Below are positions 38,593-52,190 of a stretch of 64,000 bases of DNA, piece after piece; positions within the stretch are counted from its first letter, which is position 1; every line of letters begins with the position of its first letter. The stretch comes from Mobula hypostoma (taxonomy: Eukaryota). The stretch is from assembly GCF_963921235.1 (NCBI RefSeq), contig NC_086098.1:6448001-6512000 (forward strand), in the 5' to 3' direction. Position numbers and translations under genes: made by a program. The notes below the pieces were generated by a model. The model had not been told where the DNA came from. It worked only from the letters and a program-made list of their open reading frames with translations, and ran no database searches.

Positions 38593-41500
38593 AATTAAAA
38601 TATGAAAGAAAATATCGAACTTGAATGAGTTAAGGACAGTGCACCAAACATCTTTGTTCTTGCCATGTGGTAGAAGAAATGGAGGTCACCATTTTGTGAA
38701 CCTGCTCTGCAGCATCCATTTTGTGAGCTGGTCTTGCTCAGGACTAGCTGTACCAAAGTGCTTTAAAAATGGATGACTTGATGCTCCTGATAATCTGCTG
38801 AACCGGAGATAATTTTGAAATAATAAGTTATTTGACAGGTGTTCTTTGGTACGATAAAACATACAGGTTTATGAATAGGGGAGTCAGTTGATGATAGGTC
38901 AACATAAATAGTAAGGAGTAGATCCTGCCTGACCTGCTGAGTTCATCCAGCATTGTGTGCGCATTGCTCTGCAGTTTCAGCATCTACAGAAGCTCTTGTG
39001 TGTAAGTGAAAATATGGTGATGGATTTCTTGTTTTTTTAAACTATAAAAAAAGCTGCTTGTGGTCAACATAGTTGGAGGAAGGAAGGTAATTCCAGTCGA
39101 TGGTATTGCTTGTTGAAACAACTGAGACCATTACAGGATGTGCAGGCACCCTATCGTCTGCCATCTTATGCCATGTCCTTGTTAATTATGTACACCATTA
39201 ATCAAACAAATATTGCTGTTAGAGAGGTGAAATTGAAGTGTGCACAGAGACAGCACAATGGCACTTTAGTTTTTCACCAAATTACATTATTTCATCAGTT
39301 AAATGAAATGTGAAAGTTCCCTCTAGGCCAAACATGATACAGCTCGTGATCTGGTCCAGAAGTTTTTCCTTAAGTCACAGTACTAACATGAAAAGCATTT
39401 CTCCTCAATGATTTTTGATTTGTGTTTCATTTTCTTTGCTTTCTACACTTTATATGGCTTTAAAACATTCAGACTGAAGTATTACTTCCAGACCTTTGCC
39501 TGTTCAATAAATTTAAAGCAAATAGTTGTACAGAAAAGCATCTGGAACATCTGAGGCCCTCCGTTGGCCAGGGTGACCGAAGATGTTGCATCCTAACTGT
39601 CTCTGTGACACACAAGTCGGGCCGGTACAATACAGAGAGTATGTTGCTGCCCATGTAGCAGGCTCCTCCTCTCGACACGGCTAATGAATCCAAAGGAATG
39701 GCAGGGCCGCAGCAGCATTGCAGGAGTTGCCAGGCAGCGGAGGTTTGAGATCAGATTTCTCCTTCTCCTACATGAGCTGCCAACCATGGCTGATGAGACG
39801 GATCTGCCTGAAGTGACTGGTTTTAAGGCACCAGTAACCCGCTTTTGCCCCTTCTCCTGTCAGTCGAAACGGTTCCACTGGGCTTAGTAGCTAAGCCAGA
39901 CATGAAGACCAGGAACTACACTTGGTTGTCAGAGGCTATTTGAGACACATGCCATTGAGAACATTTAATAGGTAGTGGGAGCTTATCCTCACTACCAGCC
40001 CCAGCTATGACAACCTTAAGGAACTATCTGGAACATAACACACACAAAATGCTGGAAGAACCCAGCAGGCCAGGCAGCATCTATGGAAATTAATAATGAG
40101 TCCACGTTTTGAGCCAAGACCCTTTTTCAGGATTGGAACCAGATTAAGAAAATGGGGTTAGGAGACGGAGTACGAGCTGGTAGGTGATAGGTGAGATAAG
40201 GTGAAGGTAGATGGGTGGGGGGGGGATTGAATTGAGAAGCTGGGATAAACAGGTTATAAGATCCTTATAACTTAAGGAAGTTGAACATTAAATCTGAACA
40301 TTTAGAAATTTTACCCAAGTACCAGCACATTCCCTAAAAATATGAATCATTGCAACGTCACATCATAAATCATGGCAAAATCTGTCACTGGGTTTCTTGC
40401 AGCTGCCACCGATCTTTCACAGTTCCCATGGCTTGTCTGTCTTCAAAAGAGAAAGTAAGTTTTCCAAACACTTTTCTTAAAAAATTAGGTCTGAGCAAAT
40501 TTAATGCAAAGCCATCATTTTTAATAATTGGAATGTAGTGGTCATTTATCACAGGAAGGATGAGGAAGAGAGGGAGAGAAGTAGAAGTCATTTAAGGGCA
40601 GTACTAATGTATCCTTTGTGATGAAATTAGTCCTCATTAAAATTAATTAAAATTTTCATTAAATTTAATATGGTTCAAAAATAACATTGAGAAGTCCACT
40701 GCAGGGTTCTAATTAGAAAATTCAATTGGGACAAAGCTTTATCATTTTTCGAACCACTGTGATTTGACCAGACCGCTTCGTGGATTAAAACAATATAGTG
40801 ATTGAAGGCTCTGGGCCTGTATTCGCGGGGGTTTAGAAGAATGAGAGGGGGGTCTCATTGAGACCTATCAAATGTTGAAAGACCCAGATAGAGTAAATGT
40901 AGGCGATCATGGTCTTTGACCATGATTGCTCTTGGCAATTTTTTCTTTAGAAGTGGTTTGAAGACACAGCATGTAATGATGATGATGAAGATGATGAGAT
41001 AGAGTGAACATGGAGGGGATGTTTCCTGTAGTAGGAGAGTCTTGGACCAGAGGACACAGCCTTGGAATAGAAGGTCGTCCCCCTTCGAACAGAAGTGAGG
41101 AGGAATTTTTTGAGCAGTTTGGAGGTGAATCTGTGGAATTGATTGGCACCAGAAGCTGTGGAAACCACATCACTGGGGATGTTTGAAATGGAAGCTCTTC
41201 ATTAGAAGGGCGTCATAGGTTATAATCCTTTCAGAGATGGGTAGTCATGGGGCAGAGATTCCCAAGGGATCAGTGGGGAATGTGTAATGTATGGATCTAT
41301 TGCTTTTAGAGCAATAACCCCCACCCCCTCATTCGCACTACATATTGATCTGTTGTCTATGCATGTGTAATGTTCTCTCACTCTCTCACGGCAATGTGAA
41401 TACACCCGTTAAAGCTATTTCCTGCGTGTGTGTTTTTATTTAATTGAAATGTGGTTGTGAGCAGACACAACAAATTGGCAACGAGTATGAACCTGAATGT

Positions 41501-41781
41501 CAGATAATATCACAAACTGCACCTACAGTTATGGAACAATTACGGGACAAAACTGCAAGAGTTAGACAGCACGAGAAGGCTGTCACAGACACTAAAAAAA
41601 CATGTGAGTGTGGTGCATAGTAACAGTGAAAGACACTGGATTTAAAATGAATAAAACGTGGCTTCACTCGGCAAAGTTGACGAATTTGATAGCGCTAATG
41701 AAGGCTGGGAGTCGTATATCGAGAGGGTTGAACTGTATTGTAATGTGAACAATGTGGAGGAGCGAAAGAAAGCCCCTGCAC

Positions 41782-42919
41782 CAGGGGTCCCCAACCTTTC
41801 TCGCACTGCGGACCGGTTTCATATTGACAATATTCTTGCGGACCGGCCGATGGGGGGGGGGGGGGGTTGGCTCGTCAACGAACAAGAGTAGTGGTCAAAT
41901 ACGCTGGGTTTTCCCCGAAAAAACTACAATGACCATGAAGCCTTGCGTGGGCACCAGTGCGCATTTTTTTCTACAAATCGTTTTTGGCGATTCTGATCGG
42001 GGGCGGTGTTAATCATGACCGGAATATAGATGATAATTAGCTAATACACTCAATTTCATTTCTAAAAGGGTTTATCTAACGAATTTAATATTAAACACAC
42101 AGCGCATATTTTCCTCGCATGAATATAGTGATAAGTCAATTATCAGGGGAGGACAGGGCAGCTTGAAGTAAGTGTTGAACAAACTTCCAGTAGAAGTGGT
42201 AGAGGCAGGTTCGATATGATCATTTAAAGAAAAATTGGATAGGTATATGGACAGGAAAAGAATGGTGGGTTATGGGCTGAGTGCAGGTCGGTGGGATTAG
42301 CTGAGAGTGGCGTTCAGCATGGACTAGAAGGGCAGAGATGGCCTGTTTCCGTGCTGTAATTGTTATACAGTTATATAAGTCAATAGCATCATAACATTTT
42401 AAGTAACATTTGGATATTTAATACACAGCACATATTTTCCCCGTATGAACATACAATATCATTGCAACACACCAATATCGCTGAATCAGTAGGAGCCCTG
42501 GGATTGTTTCCCTGCAACAAGACGGTGCCATTGAGGGGTGATGGGAGACAGCGATACTCGAAGGGGGTTCCTTATATCCAGTCTATTCCGCAATTCAATT
42601 TTCGTTGCATTCATTGCAGAGATATGTTGGAAATGGAAGCAACGTTTTCAGTGCTTTCGTGGCTATCTCAGGATATTTAGCCTTGACTTTGATCCATATT
42701 GCCGGCAGAGATGTTATGTCAAACATACTTTTCAGCCTGCCGTCATTTGCAAGCTGGAGGAGTTGATCTCCTTCCCGCGCTGACATGGATGACGCCTGTG
42801 TAATGACCTCGCATGCGTAATGGCTCAACAGTGCGCGACAGGGAATGAGGAAAGGTGCAGCTGACTCATATCGCCAAATCATATCGTTTCCTCTGCGGCC
42901 CGGTAGTTGGGGACCACTG
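41782..42919 (-). mobile_element. Non-autonomous hAT (Charlie/Buster-like) DNA transposon inserted in gag
   Basis: TIRs CAGGGGTCCCCAAC / GTTGGGGACCACTG; 8-bp TSD CCCTGCAC/CCCTACAC; dimerisation-domain remnant SLPAIWIKVKAKYPEIATKALKTLLPFPT; contains a CR1 3' piece at ~42150-42375. Confidence 0.9.
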
Positions 42920-43986
42920 CCCTACACTTCTTAGCTTAATGGGCCCAAGAACATACAGTCTCTTACGTAACTTAGTAACCCCTATAAAGCCAGCAAACAA
43001 GATGTTCCACAAAATTGTTACAATTTTACAAAATCGCTTGAACCCTAAACCACTGGTAATAGCTGAGAGACAGAATCTGACAAAGATGAGCTGCCATGTC
43101 TAGAACTGCACAGTATTACTGCAGCAGATCACAAAATCGTCTGGATTACAATAGATGTGTCCGGTGTAAAACTGAAAATGGAGTTGGATACAGCATCAGC
43201 TTTGTTTGTAATTCCAGAGGCTGACTACAGCGGACTGTTTTCTAAGATACCATTAGAGAAGAGCTCAGTAATGCTGAATACTTACACGGGTGGAAATAGT
43301 GTTTCCCAAAGGCAAACTGAAAGTAAATGTGACATACGGAGACCAAACAAACAGTTAAAGCCAGACGGACTACTCCTGCTCCTATTTCTTATGTTCTTAT
43401 GAAAAATGGAAGGCCAGCACTTTTCAGATGTGAGTGGTTGGAAAAAATTCCAAATGGACTGGCACTCAGTCAAAGCTCTCAGTGTGACAATGGCAGCCCA
43501 AGTGGTAAATGGGAACGCAACTACATACGTATTGACCGAGATGCCCTTATAGGGAATAAAGAAGTTACACCATTACCTCTAAAGACAAAGGTTTACACTA
43601 GTGACAGCTCAGCAGCCCTTTGTGTCCATTTTCAATCTCAGGAAGGGAATTCCAGTGATAACTACTACCCCGTTACAACATTGGGCACTGTTCCAAGGAG
43701 CCCACTCTTATGAGTTCAAGAGCACCAAACAACACAGCAAAGCTGATGGCTTGTCACATCTTCAACTACTGACAACTGAAGAAGAAAAGTCTTCATACTG
43801 TGACCCAGCAGAAATGTTCCACCTCGCATTGGTGGACCAGCTGCTGGTAACAAATTCCGAAATACAAAGGGAAACCAGGAATGACCTGACTTGTCAAAAG
43901 TCTGTGAAATCACTATGCAAGGATGGGCAGCTTATGGTAACCCTATGTTTCCAGAATTCTCAGTGAGACGAGACCAGCTATCGGTA

Positions 43987-46318
43987 TAGAAACACAGAAA
44001 ACCCACAGCACAACACAGGCACTTCGGCCCACAAAGTTGTGCCGAACATGTCCCTACCTTAGAAATTACTAGGGTTACCCATAGCCCTCTGTTTTTCTAA
44101 GCTCCATGTACCTATCCAAAAGTCTCTTAAAAGACCCTATCGTATCCACCTCCACCACCGTTGCTGGCAGCCTATTCCACACACTCACCACTCTCTTAGT
44201 AAAAAACTGACCCCTGACATCTCCTCTGTACCTACTCCCCAGCACCTTAAACCTGTGTCCTCTTGTGGCAACCTTTTCAGCCCTGGGAAAATGCCTCTGA
44301 CTATCCACACAATCAATGCCTCCCATCATCTTATACACCTCTATCAGGTCACCTTTATCCTCTGTCTCTCCAAGGAGAAAAGGCCAAGTTCACCCAACCT
44401 ACTCTCATAAGGCATGCTCCCCAATCCAGGCAACATCCTTGTAAATCCCCTCTGCACTCTTTCTATGGTTTCCACATCCTTCCTGTAGTGAGGCGACTAG
44501 AACTGAGCACAGTTTTTCTTTTGGTCCTATTCTTTTTTGTCTTATCCTCTTGCTCTTCACATACTTGTAGAATGCCTTGGGGTTTTCCTTATTCCTGTCC
44601 GCCAAGGCCTTCTCATGGGCCCTTCTGGCTCTCCTAATTTCCTTCTTAAGCTCCTTCCTGTTAGCCTTATAATCTTCTAGATCTCTAACATTACTTAGCT
44701 CTCTGAACCTTTTGTAAGCTTTTCTTTTCTTCTTGACTAGATTTACTACATCCTTTGTACACCACAGTTCCTGTACTCTACCATAAGTTCTCTGTCTCAT
44801 TGGAATGTACCTGTGCAGAACCCCACACAAATAGCCCCTGAACAATTGCCACATTTCTTCCGTATCTTTCCCTGAGAACATCTGTTCCCAATTTAAGCTT
44901 CCAAGTTCCTGCCTGATAGCCTCATAATTGCCCTTTCCTCAATTAAAAGCTTTTCTAACTTGTCTGTTCTTATCTCTCTCTAATGCTATTGTAAAGGAGC
45001 TAGAATTATGATCACTATCTCCAAAATGCTCTCCCACTGAGAGATCTGACAGCTGACCAGGTTCGTTTCCCAATACCAAATCAAGTACAGTCTCTCCTCT
45101 TGTAGACTTATCTACATACTGTGTCAAAAAACCTTCCTGAACACACCTAACAAACTCCACCCCATCTAAACCCCTTGCTCTAGGGAGATGCCAATTGATA
45201 TTTGGGAAATTAAAATGTCCCACCACAACAACTCTGTTATTATTACACCTTTCCAGGATCTGTTTTCCTATCTGCTCCTCGCTATCCCTGTTACTATTGG
45301 GCGGCCTATAAAAAACACCCAGTAGAGATATTGACCCCTTCCTGTTTCTAACTTCCACCCACAGAGTTTCCGTAGACAATCCCTCCATGACGTCCACCTT
45401 TTCTGCAGCCATGAAACTATTTCTGATCAACAGTGCCACGCCCCCACCTCTTTTGCCTCCCTCCCTGCCCTTCCTGAAACATCTAAAACCCGGCACTAGA
45501 AGTAACCATTCCTGTCCCTGAGCCATCCAAGTCTTCGTTATTGCCACCACATCATAGCTCCATGTACTGATCCACGCTCTAAGCTCATCTGCTTTGTTCA
45601 CAATACTCCTTGCGTTAAAATAGATACATCTCAAACCGACGGTCTGAGCTCACCCCTTCTTTATCACCCGCCTATCCTCCCTCTCACACTGTCTCCAAGC
45701 TTTCTCTATTTGTGAGCCAACCACCTCTTCCCCAGTCTCTTCAGTTTGGTTCCCACCCCCCAACAATTTTAGTATAAAATCTCCCCAGCAGCCTTAGCAA
45801 ACCTCCCTGTCAGGATATTGGTCCCCCTGGGATTCAAGTGCAACCTGTCCTTTTTGTACAGATCACACTTGCCCCAAAAGAGGTCCCAATGATCCAGAAA
45901 TCTGAATCCCTGCCCCCTGCTTCAATCTCCCAGTCACACATTTATCCTCCATCTCACTCTATTCCTATACTCACTGTCACGTGGCACAGGCAGTAATCCC
46001 GAGATTACTACCTTTGTGGTCCTGCTTCTCAACTTCCTTCCTAACTCCCTGTAGTCTGTTTTCAGGATCTCTTCCCTTTTCCCACCTATGTCATTGGTAC
46101 CAATATGTACCACGACCTCTGGCTGTTCTCCCTCCCATTGCAGGATATCGTGGACATGATCTGAAACATCCTGGACCCTGGCACCTGGGAGGCAAACTAC
46201 CATTTGAGTTTCTTTTCTGTGTCCACAGAATCGCCTCTCTGACCCCTAACTATAGAGTCCCCTATCACTACTGCCTTCCTCTTCCTTTCCCTACCCTTCT
46301 GAGCCACAGGACCGGACT
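43987..46318 (-). mobile_element. CR1 LINE with ORF1 esterase and APE endonuclease remnants, internally deleted, inserted in Gypsy pol
   Basis: VVCLPGARVQDV..VVHIGTND (SGNH esterase); CIYFNARSIVNK..GVFYRPPN..LDLVLGN..SDHN (endonuclease); 3' end at 43987-44510. Confidence 0.92.
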
Positions 46319-48154
46319 CAAAGAACACTGATGTGTTTATCTCGTGTTGTGGTTCCCTCTAAACTGCACACCAGAGTGCTGGAAAATCTGCATGAAGGAC
46401 ATCTGGGTACAGTCAAGATGAAGAGTCTCACCCAGAGCTACGTGTGGTGGCCGGGAATAGATAAACAGTTTGAAGACTTTGCCAAAAGATGTTCGGGATG
46501 CAAAAAAGTTCAAAGTGTACCCCCACAGGCACCATTACACTGGTGAGATGGTGAGAGAGGCCATCTTCACTATGGCAAAGAGCACCTATTGACTTTGCTG
46601 GGCCATTCATGGACTCCATGTTTCTGATTGCTGTGGATGCTCATTCAAAATGGCTGGAGGTTATATCAATGAAGTCAACCACCTCAGCAAAGACTGTCTC
46701 TGCTATGGGGACTACCTTCACTAGGAATGGCTTTCTAGAACAAATTGTGAGTGACAACAGACCACAATACATGTCAGAAGAGTTCCGACTATTTATGAAG
46801 GAAAATAGCATCAGACATTTCCAGTCAGCTCCTCACCACCCAGCAATGAATGGATTAGCTGAAAGGTTTATCCAAACCTTCAAGAAGTCCATTAAAGCAA
46901 TGTACAAGGAGGACATTTCTCTACAGCCCAAGGTGGAGAGCTTCCTTTTTGTGTTTCGGAACTCTATTCATGCGATGACAAATCAAATGCCTCTCATCAT
47001 CTTGTTCCTATGCATGAACATGTTCATGAACCGGAATCTGAGATCTTGCATAGACCTCCTGAAATTAGACCTCCGGAGGGAAGTGCAGAATAAACAGTTC
47101 AGCCAGTTGCCAAGTGAAGCAGCAAGGAGCTTTGAGGTTGGACCGAAAGTCCAAGCAAGTGATTACCTGGTAGGATAGCTACAAGAGTTGGATGACTGAT
47201 GTACTGTACATAGTGGATGTTGGAGATCAGACATGAATATGTCATATGGACCAGATCCTGGATACTCAACCGAAGAACACACCTGCGTCAACTGCATCCA
47301 ACAAGATGGAGACATTACACTTCCCGGACTTATCTCTCAGTGATGATGTCACTGACAGCAATGTGACAATGGAAACTGAGAACATTGTCTTAGACAAGAC
47401 ACCCGCTGATGTTTTGTACATATACAGTTTTATGTTGCATTAATCTAAAGGGGGAGGAAGTGCAATCTATTTCTTTTAGAGCAATGAATCCCCCACCCCT
47501 TAGCACTAGTATTAATATTGTTCTCTCTCTCTCACTGCAATGTTAATATACCAGTTAAAACCATCTCCCACGTGCCTGCTTTAATTTAATTGGTATGTAG
47601 TTGTGCACAGGCGCAAGAGAAGGTGTTCATTTTCAAGATTTTCTTTCAGAACAACCTTGAATTTCTTTACCTCTGCTCACTTCCTAACCTCTTACCTGTA
47701 GGTATATTTAAAGTGGAGGTAGATAGCTTTCTGATTAGTAAGGGTGTCAAAAGTTACAGTATAGGGGGAAAGGCAGGAAAATGGAATTGAGAAGGGTGAT
47801 AAATCAACCATGATGAAATTGTGGAGCAGAACCCATGGACTAAAATGGCCTAACTTTGCTCCCATGCAAACTCTGGTCTTCAAACATGTCCTTTCATACC
47901 ATGAATGCAATAAATCTGAAGTGGGCAATTGGGATTAGTGTGTAGATGGTCATAAATGTACAGCACAAGCAAAGTGGGCCAAAAGGCCTGATTTGTGCTG
48001 GTCACCTCAGTGAATATCTCTCTAATCAGCATATTTCAGAGCAAGCTTTTGCTTAAAAAAACATGAAGGATCATTTATCAAATTTTAATACTAGCTAGCT
48101 AATTAATTTTTTTCCTGTGATCTCTACTGCTTATAATTAACTTGTTTGAACATG

Positions 48155-48643
48155 TACTCAGTGGCCTCTGTATTAGATATAGGAGTGGAACCCAATGTGG
48201 ACTTCTCCCTCTGTAGCCCATCCACTTGGTTCCATGTGTTGTGAGATCAGAGATGTTCTTCTGTACATCAGTGTCGTAACATGTGGTTATTAGAGTCACT
48301 GTCGCTTTCCTGTCAGTTTATCCATTTTCTTCTGACTTTCCACATTAATGAAAAATTTTCACCCATAGAACTGCCACTCACTGTATTTTTTTTTTGTTTT
48401 CCAAACCATTCTCTGTATACTCTTCTTTAGAAACTATTGAGCGTAAAGATTCCAAGAGATCAGTAGATTCTGAGATACTCAAACCATCCCATCTGGCACC
48501 AATAATCAGTCCACGATCAAAGTTACCTAGATCACATTTCTTACCCATTCTGACGTTTGGTCTGAACAACAACTAAATCTCTTGCTTTTTATGCATTGAG
48601 TTACTGCCGCATGATTTTCTGATTAGATATTTGCATTAATGAG
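48155..48643 (-). mobile_element. Non-autonomous Tc1-like element
   Basis: MGKKCDLGNFDRGLIIGARWDGLSISESTDLL HTH remnant; ACTCAGTGGCC terminus. Confidence 0.8.
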
Positions 48644-49432
48644 GAAGGCAAACAATATGTTTTTACAATACGTTGCTTCAGGCCAAAACTGTTCATCAAG
48701 ACTGATGAAGGGTCCTGGCACTAAACATCGACTGTGTAGATATTGATTGACCTCCTGGAGTCCTCTAGAATGTTGTGAATGTTGGTCTGGATTTCAGCAT
48801 CTGCATAATACTCTTTCATTTAATTTTTTCACTATGGTTTGAATACAGAAATAAAGATGCCAAATTGCGATATAGAATCTTGGTGAAAATTGATTATTGT
48901 GTAAAGTTTTGGTCTCCATATCTAAAATATATGGGTTTTTTTGGAGATACTGCATGATAACAGATCCTTCAATCCCAGTGAACTCACGCTGTCCAGTTAC
49001 ACCCCATCACAGAAATCTTCCCATAAACGATAGACTCACTTTCAGACAGTGATATGAATCAAACACAGGTTACTGTTGCTGTAAGAACTGAAGCTAACTG
49101 CTATGCTACCATGCTGACAACGGTGTTGAGGAAGTATAGCAAAGGTACACTAAAGTGATTCCAGGAGAGATTGAGCCTTATTAGGGAGAAATTGACTAAA
49201 CTCGTATTCCAGATATTTTAGAAGAATGAGACGAGTTCTGAATAAATCTTCTGTCTTTTTTAACAGGGTTCCACAAGATGGCCTAATGGCAGGGTCAAGC
49301 AAGCAGGCAGGATGTTGTCCGAGGCTACAGAAGGTGCAGAACATGAAGGTACAGAGCCATTATAAGGGGTACACGATTTAGGACTCAGAAAGAGAGAACT
49401 CAGTGATGTTATAATAATGCATTGTACTTGAT

Positions 49433-49512
49433 CAGGGGTTCCTAACCTTTTTTATGCCATGGATCAATACCATTTGGCAATGGGTCTGGGGACCTCAGGT
49501 TGGGAACCTCTG
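49433..49512. mobile_element. hAT-type mini-MITE
   Basis: CAGGGGTTCCTAACC...GGTTGGGAACCTCTG; degenerate 8-bp TSD TACTTGAT/TACTAGAC. Confidence 0.75.
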
Positions 49513-50091
49513 TACTAGACAGAGTGGAAGTGGAGAGTCTAGGACCAGAGTGCACAGCCTCAGAATAGAAGGATGATTTTTATTGCCCTTGTAGGGTCTT
49601 GTGGTCTGAAGCTTTGCAGTTTCCATACCAGGCTTGCAAGAGAATTGTTGTGGAGGTGAGAAGTCTGTGAAGTGCAGGGTTGGAGGGAGTGCCAAGCTAT
49701 TGGCTAGAGACAGTTAGTATCTGCTGTAGGAGTTGAGTTTTTACCCCGATTAGCGGGGACGTGCTAATGACTGCACAGGGGTTCAAAGGCGAGCCAGTAA
49801 GCATGTTGTTTTCCACTTTCATGAAACCTAACTGAGGACAGTTCCTAATGTTGGATCTCACTGACTGGTTCTTCTGTGAAGTTACAACAAAGCATATTTC
49901 TAATGTCCTAACACAGAACATAGAACTGTACAGCACAGTACAGCACCGTCCTAACACAGAGGTGACCTGATAGAGGTGTACAAGATAACCAGAGGATTGA
50001 TCGTGTGGATAGTCAGAGGCTTTTTCCCAGGGCTGAAGTGGCTAGCATGAGAGGGCACAGTTTTAAGGTGCTTGGCAGTAGGTGCAGAGTA

Positions 50092-51560
50092 TGACAGGTG
50101 ATTGATAAGTTTGTGGCCTAAGGTAGAAGGAGTCAATTTTAGAAAACCCAGCACATTTATTTTTCAACATAGTCTCCTCCTACATTTACACACTTAGTCC
50201 AGCAGTCACGGAGCATACTGATCCCTTCTTTGTAGAAGTCGGCGTCTTGGACCTCCAAAAAGTGGTCCACAGCAGGGGTGATTGATAAGTTTGTGGCCCA
50301 AGGAAGAAGGAGAAGAGTTATTAACTTCAAACTTTCTGCATTTTCACTCAAAGAGTTGAACTGCATGTGCATGTAATGTGACGAAAAACCAAGTTATCAG
50401 AAGATTGATGCTAATGAGAGAGAGATAAGTGAGACAATGGAGAAACATTCAAAATGCTAATAAGAGAGAAGAGAGAGATTAACGAGAAAGAAACACATTT
50501 CAGAATATTGACAGACCGGTTGCTTTGAACCTGAACTGTTTGAAGTTTGATGGACAGGCGATATCCCAGCAGGGGGATAAAAAGAATAGGTTCACTAAGG
50601 CACGACACACACCACGAGATCACAAGATAACGAGACCCTGGAAGAGCGGTGTGCCCCCACAAGTTGGTGAGAGTTGGAGGTCTGGTTCGAGGGAACCGAC
50701 CATAGACTGACAGGGTGAAAAGGTACGATCGGCAGGCACCTGGTGTGTGTGTCCGCCCTTGCCTGGGTGCCGGGTTCACCGCGGAAGAACGGTCGTATCC
50801 GGAACGGAGGGGAGTCACAGTCGGTGACCACAGAAGACATAAAAGGGTCCGCCCGAAAGCTAACTGCGGAGAACATCAAAGGTCTGCGGAATCAGATTTG
50901 CATATCTCTCCCTCTCTCCAACGGCACAACAGCGATTACTGCGAACTGTACTAAGCTGATCTGAACTCTGCGTCACTTGAGACTGATCATTTTACCCCTA
51001 GACTGCGATAGAGCTTGATTGATTCCTATTATCCTAGTCCTGTGTACACGTGTGTATTATCATTGCTAACCTGTTGTATTTACATCCTTACGATTAGAGT
51101 ACTGTGTTACTTATTTCTTTAATAAAACTTTATTAGTTTTTGTTAAACCAGACTCCAACTAAGTGGTCCATTTCTGCTGGTTTGGCAACCCAGTTACGGG
51201 GTACGTAACAGTAACGAGAGCTGTATACCTCATTTCCTTCTATCTTAGGCCACGAACTTATCGATCACCCCTGCTGTGGACCACCTGGAGGTCCAAAACG
51301 TTCTCGTTACATGCATGTGCAGTTCAACTCTTTGAGTGATTATGCAGAAAGTTTGAAGTTAATAACGCATCTCATTAGGCCACGAATTTATCAATCACCC
51401 CTGCTGTGGACCACTTCTACAAAGAAGGGATCCGTATGCTCCACGACTGCTGGACTAAGTATGTACACGTAGGAGAGGACTATGTTGAAAAATAAATGTG
51501 CTAGGTTTTTTAAAATTGACTCCTTCTACTGTAGGCCATGAACTTATCAATCACCTCTCA
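50092..51560. mobile_element. Mariner-derived palindromic non-autonomous element containing a solo LTR
   Basis: TA duplication at 50090-50091 and 51561-51562; TIR GGTGATTGATAAGTTTGTGGCCTAA present five times; mariner transposase C-terminus FYKEGISMLRDCWTKCVNVGGDYVEK* in both arms, in inverted orientation. Confidence 0.88.
50377..51210 (+). mobile_element. Solo LTR (834 bp)
   Basis: TGTGACG...CGTAACA ends; 4-bp TSD GTAA at 50373-50376 and 51211-51214; AATAAA at 51121. Confidence 0.9.
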
Positions 51561-51792
51561 TAGATGTCAGGGGTAAGTTTTTTTACACAGAGTGGTGAGT
51601 GCGTGGAACGGGCTGCTGGCGACGGTGGTGGAGGCGGATACGATAGGGTCTTTTAAGACTCTTCTGGATAGGTACATGGAACTTAGAAAAATTGGGGCTA
51701 TGGGTAAGCCTATGTAGTTCTAAGGTATGGACATGTTCGGCACAGCTTTGTGGGCCGAAGGGCCTGTATTGTGCTGTCGGTTTTCTATGTTT

Positions 51793-52190
51793 CTAGAACA
51801 GTACAGCACAGTCCTAACACAGAACAGTACAACACAGCCCTAACAGAAAACATAGACACAGTCCTAATACACAACATAGTCCTAACACAGAATATAGACA
51901 CAGTACAACACAGTACAACACAGTCCTAACACAGAACATAGACACAGCACAACACAGTCCTAATATAGAATATAGACATAGTACAGCACAGTCCTAACAC
52001 AGAACATAGACACAGCACAACACAGTCCTAATATAGAATATAGACATAGTACAGCACAGTCCTAACACAGAACATAGACACAGTACAGCACAGTCCTAAC
52101 AGAAAACATAGACACAGTCCTAACACACAACATAGTCCTAACACCGAGCATCGGCACAGCACAACACTGTCTTAACATAGAACACAGAAG
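51793..52190. repeat. Tandem repeat array, approx. 34-bp unit ACACAGTACAGCACAGTCCTAACACAGAACATAG
   Basis: Repeated CACAGTCCTAAC; the same units occur at 49905-49960 on the other side of the CR1. Confidence 0.9.

Larger units (their letters stand above)
41283..47618 (+). mobile_element. Gypsy (Mag-like) LTR retrotransposon with both LTRs, RT deleted, two nested insertions
   Basis: LTRs 41283-41472 and 47461-47618; 5-bp TSD GAATG/GAAGG; PBS TGGCAACGAG (tRNA-Ser-like) at 41476; PPT AAAGGGGGAGGAAG at 47447-47460; gag MASLGKVDEFD..WESYIERVE; protease MELDTAS; integrase HHCC (LHEGHLG..WWPG..CSGC) and rve (DFAGPF..IVSDN..NGLAERF). Confidence 0.93.
49958..51795 (+). mobile_element. CR1 3' fragment split by a mariner-derived element
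   Basis: RGDLIEVYKI..RGHSFKVLG at 49958-50089 resumes at 51563 (DVRGKFFTQ..WNGL). Confidence 0.85.
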
